Shown here piece after piece: positions 15,178 to 17,286 of a DNA stretch of 17,286 nt. Numbering within the stretch: the first letter of the stretch is position 1; every line of letters begins with the position of its first letter. Under the pieces are notes generated by a model. It saw nothing but the letters and a program-made list of their open reading frames with translations. It was not told where the DNA came from and searched no databases. A program made the translations under genes and the position numbers. Source of the DNA: Bdellovibrionota bacterium (lineage in GTDB: Bacteria > Bdellovibrionota > UBA1018 > UBA923); the NCBI GenBank assembly GCA_040754655.1, contig JBFMCE010000082.1, positions 1 through 17,286 of the forward strand. The letters run 5' to 3'.

Positions 15178-17286
15178 TTGAAAATCAGTTTGAACTGGCT
15201 TGCGGATTACATTGATGTCGCTCCGATTCGCGCAGATCTGAAGGGCGTATTTGAGAAGCTCACCCTGAGAGGAATTGAAGTCGAAAACGTCTCAAGCCTT
15301 GCGAAGGGATTTGAAAAAGTCATCGTTGCTTCGCTAGACGCACGTGAAAAGCATCCCAACTCGGATAGATTGTCAGTTTGTCGGGTCAATACTGGCAGTG
15401 AAGCCCTTCAAATCGTCTGTGGCGCTCAGAATATGAAAGCGGGCGATAAAGTCGCGCTTTCAATGATAGGCGCCGAACTTCCTAATGGTCTCAAAATTCA
15501 AAAAGGAAAGATCAGAGACGTCGAGTCATTCGGGATGCTTTGCTCTGAGCAAGAGTTGGGGCTTGCGGATGAGAGCGAGGGCATTTTGATTTTGCCCCAG
15601 AATGCGCCTGTCGGAAAACCATTGGCTGAGTTTTTGGGCCGGGATGATGTGGTGATTGAGCTCAACATCACTCCTAATCGCGGTGATGCACTCTCGCATA
15701 TCGGGGTGGCCCGCGAATTGGCTTCGATTTTAGGTCAGAAGGTGAAACTTCCGAAAGCCTCGGTCAATGAAATCGGCGGAAATACTTCCGAGAAAGTCCG
15801 TGTGGCGTTGCAGAATCCGACCGACCGACCCCATTTGTGCATTCAATACCATGCTCGATACGTCGAAGGCGTGAAGATCGGTCCATCGCCGGAATGGTTG
15901 CAAAAGCGTTTACAGGCCATCGGTTTGCGGCCGATCAATAACGTAGTCGATGTCACCAATTTCGTTTTGATGGAGTGGGGTCAACCTCTTCATGCATTTG
16001 ATTATTCTCAGATCAAAGGTTCGCATATCCAAACGCGGGTGGCGAAAGAAAACGAAGTTCTACCGCTCCTCGATGGAACGACAGTGACCTTGCATCCCGA
16101 AGACCTTGTCATCGCAGATCAAGAGCGCGCCATTGCTCTGGCTGGTGTCATGGGTGGTGGCAATTCTGAAGTGACTGAAACGACGACGGCTCTTTTGCTT
16201 GAAGCGGCCCAGTTCTTACCTTCAACCGTGCGAAAGTCTGCAAGGCGCCATCAAAAGCATTCTGATTCTTCGCATCGGTTTGAGCGACAGGTGGATGCGA
16301 GAGCGGTCACTCTTGCGATGGAGCGCGCGACGCAGTTGATTGTGGAGCTTGCAGGTGGGCGGGCGCTTAAAGGAGTGGTGAGCCAGTATTCTCCTTTGGG
16401 TGAGCAATTGGTGAAAGACCAACTCAAGACGATCTCAGTTTCGGTGCCTGCGTTCAATCAGTTTTCAGGACTTGAGCTCACAAAGGCTCAAGTGCATGAG
16501 TGCCTCAATCAATTAGGTTTTACAGCGAAGGCGAGTGGAGACGTACTTGTAGTGCAGGTGCCCAGCTACCGTCCCGATGTTGAGACGCAGGAAGATGTTT
16601 ACGAAGAAGTATTGCGCGTCTGGGGATATGACAAGGTTCCTGTGCGGGTGCCGAGGCTTGACTTCATGCCCGAGGCCACGAGTGTTCATGAGTCAAAAAG
16701 CAAAGCTTTAGAAAAATTGAAACTCGCTTTCGTTGAACAGGGGTTTTCTGAGGCCGTGAACTTTGCTTTTACCTCGAAAACCTCTAACGAAGAGTGGGGA
16801 GGGCCTGAGAAAGGGCTTGCGGTAAGTTTGCAAAATCCGCTCAATGAAGACCTTACGACTCTAAAGACTTCGCTGCTGGGTGGGTTGCTTGACAACTTGC
16901 TTAGTGCTGTGCGCCATCAGCAAAAAGACACGCGCTTATTTGAGGTTCGCCCCGTGTATTTCAGGGACGAGAAGGCGGAAACGGGTGTTCGAGAGGAGTG
17001 GCGCGTGGCCGCATTGGCTTCGGGACGAAGCTATTCCCATGCTCTTGCAGCTCGAGACCGGGTTGTAGATTTTTATGACTTCAAAGGCGTGCTTGAAGTC
17101 GCGGTCGAGAACCTCGGAGTGCGTGGTTTGAGGTTTATGCCTGTAGACTCTGCGAAACCTGATGCGAGACTGCACCCGGCCCAAACGGTACAAGTCGCTT
17201 TAGGTAAGGGCCCTTGTGGGGTGCTGGGTCGCTTGCACCCGCTGCTTGAGTCAAAGTTGAAACTGCGCGAGCCGCTTTATTGGTTC
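15178..17286 (+). CDS. pheT: Phenylalanine--tRNA ligase beta subunit (3' truncated by window; absent from ORF track)
   Basis: TTG start 3 nt after the pheS stop, GGAG upstream. Translates MKISLNWLADY, HPNSDRL, IVCGAQN, SFGMLCSEQELG, ITPNRGDALS, INNVVDVTNF, GQPLHAFD, IALAGVMGG, YRPDV..EDVYEEV, GRLHP, in one frame to the window end. Confidence 0.97.
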   Translation, partial: MKISLNWLADYIDVAPIRADLKGVFEKLTLRGIEVENVSSLAKGFEKVIVASLDAREKHPNSDRLSVCRVNTGSEALQIVCGAQNMKAGDKVALSMIGAELPNGLKIQKGKIRDVESFGMLCSEQELGLADESEGILILPQNAPVGKPLAEFLGRDDVVIELNITPNRGDALSHIGVARELASILGQKVKLPKASVNEIGGNTSEKVRVALQNPTDRPHLCIQYHARYVEGVKIGPSPEWLQKRLQAIGLRPINNVVDVTNFVLMEWGQPLHAFDYSQIKGSHIQTRVAKENEVLPLLDGTTVTLHPEDLVIADQERAIALAGVMGGGNSEVTETTTALLLEAAQFLPSTVRKSARRHQKHSDSSHRFERQVDARAVTLAMERATQLIVELAGGRALKGVVSQYSPLGEQLVKDQLKTISVSVPAFNQFSGLELTKAQVHECLNQLGFTAKASGDVLVVQVPSYRPDVETQEDVYEEVLRVWGYDKVPVRVPRLDFMPEATSVHESKSKALEKLKLAFVEQGFSEAVNFAFTSKTSNEEWGGPEKGLAVSLQNPLNEDLTTLKTSLLGGLLDNLLSAVRHQQKDTRLFEVRPVYFRDEKAETGVREEWRVAALASGRSYSHALAARDRVVDFYDFKGVLEVAVENLGVRGLRFMPVDSAKPDARLHPAQTVQVALGKGPCGVLGRLHPLLESKLKLREPLYWF

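Noticed and set aside
1..17286. CRISPR array, IS/integrase, tRNA/rRNA, defence or retroelement genes
   Set aside because: No regularly spaced repeats, terminal inverted repeats, cloverleafs, or recombinase/RT/nuclease motifs seen by eye.

Overview
Bacterial chromosomal window made mostly of conserved housekeeping genes. From left to right: two tandem metallo-beta-lactamase-fold hydrolase genes (minus strand), two orphan ORFs, a TCA-cycle cluster icd-mdh-sucC-sucD-ndk closed by a strong intrinsic terminator, a minus-strand pair of uncharacterised envelope proteins (signal-peptide beta-rich protein plus lipoprotein), glutamine-dependent NAD synthetase nadE, a small basic ORF, and infC-rpmI-rplT-pheS-pheT (pheT runs off the right edge). 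Gene order and protein style suggest a deltaproteobacteria-like/Bdellovibrionota-like organism (inference only). I see no mobile element, CRISPR array, rRNA or tRNA, and no unambiguous new multi-gene system. The best leads are an ATC start codon for infC, a structured infC leader with a terminator-like hairpin and a perfect IHF consensus, a signal-peptide protein with SAM-methyltransferase-like motifs, the envelope gene pair, a possibly frameshifted Cys-rich orphan, and recurring SD-less starts with a -10 box just upstream.
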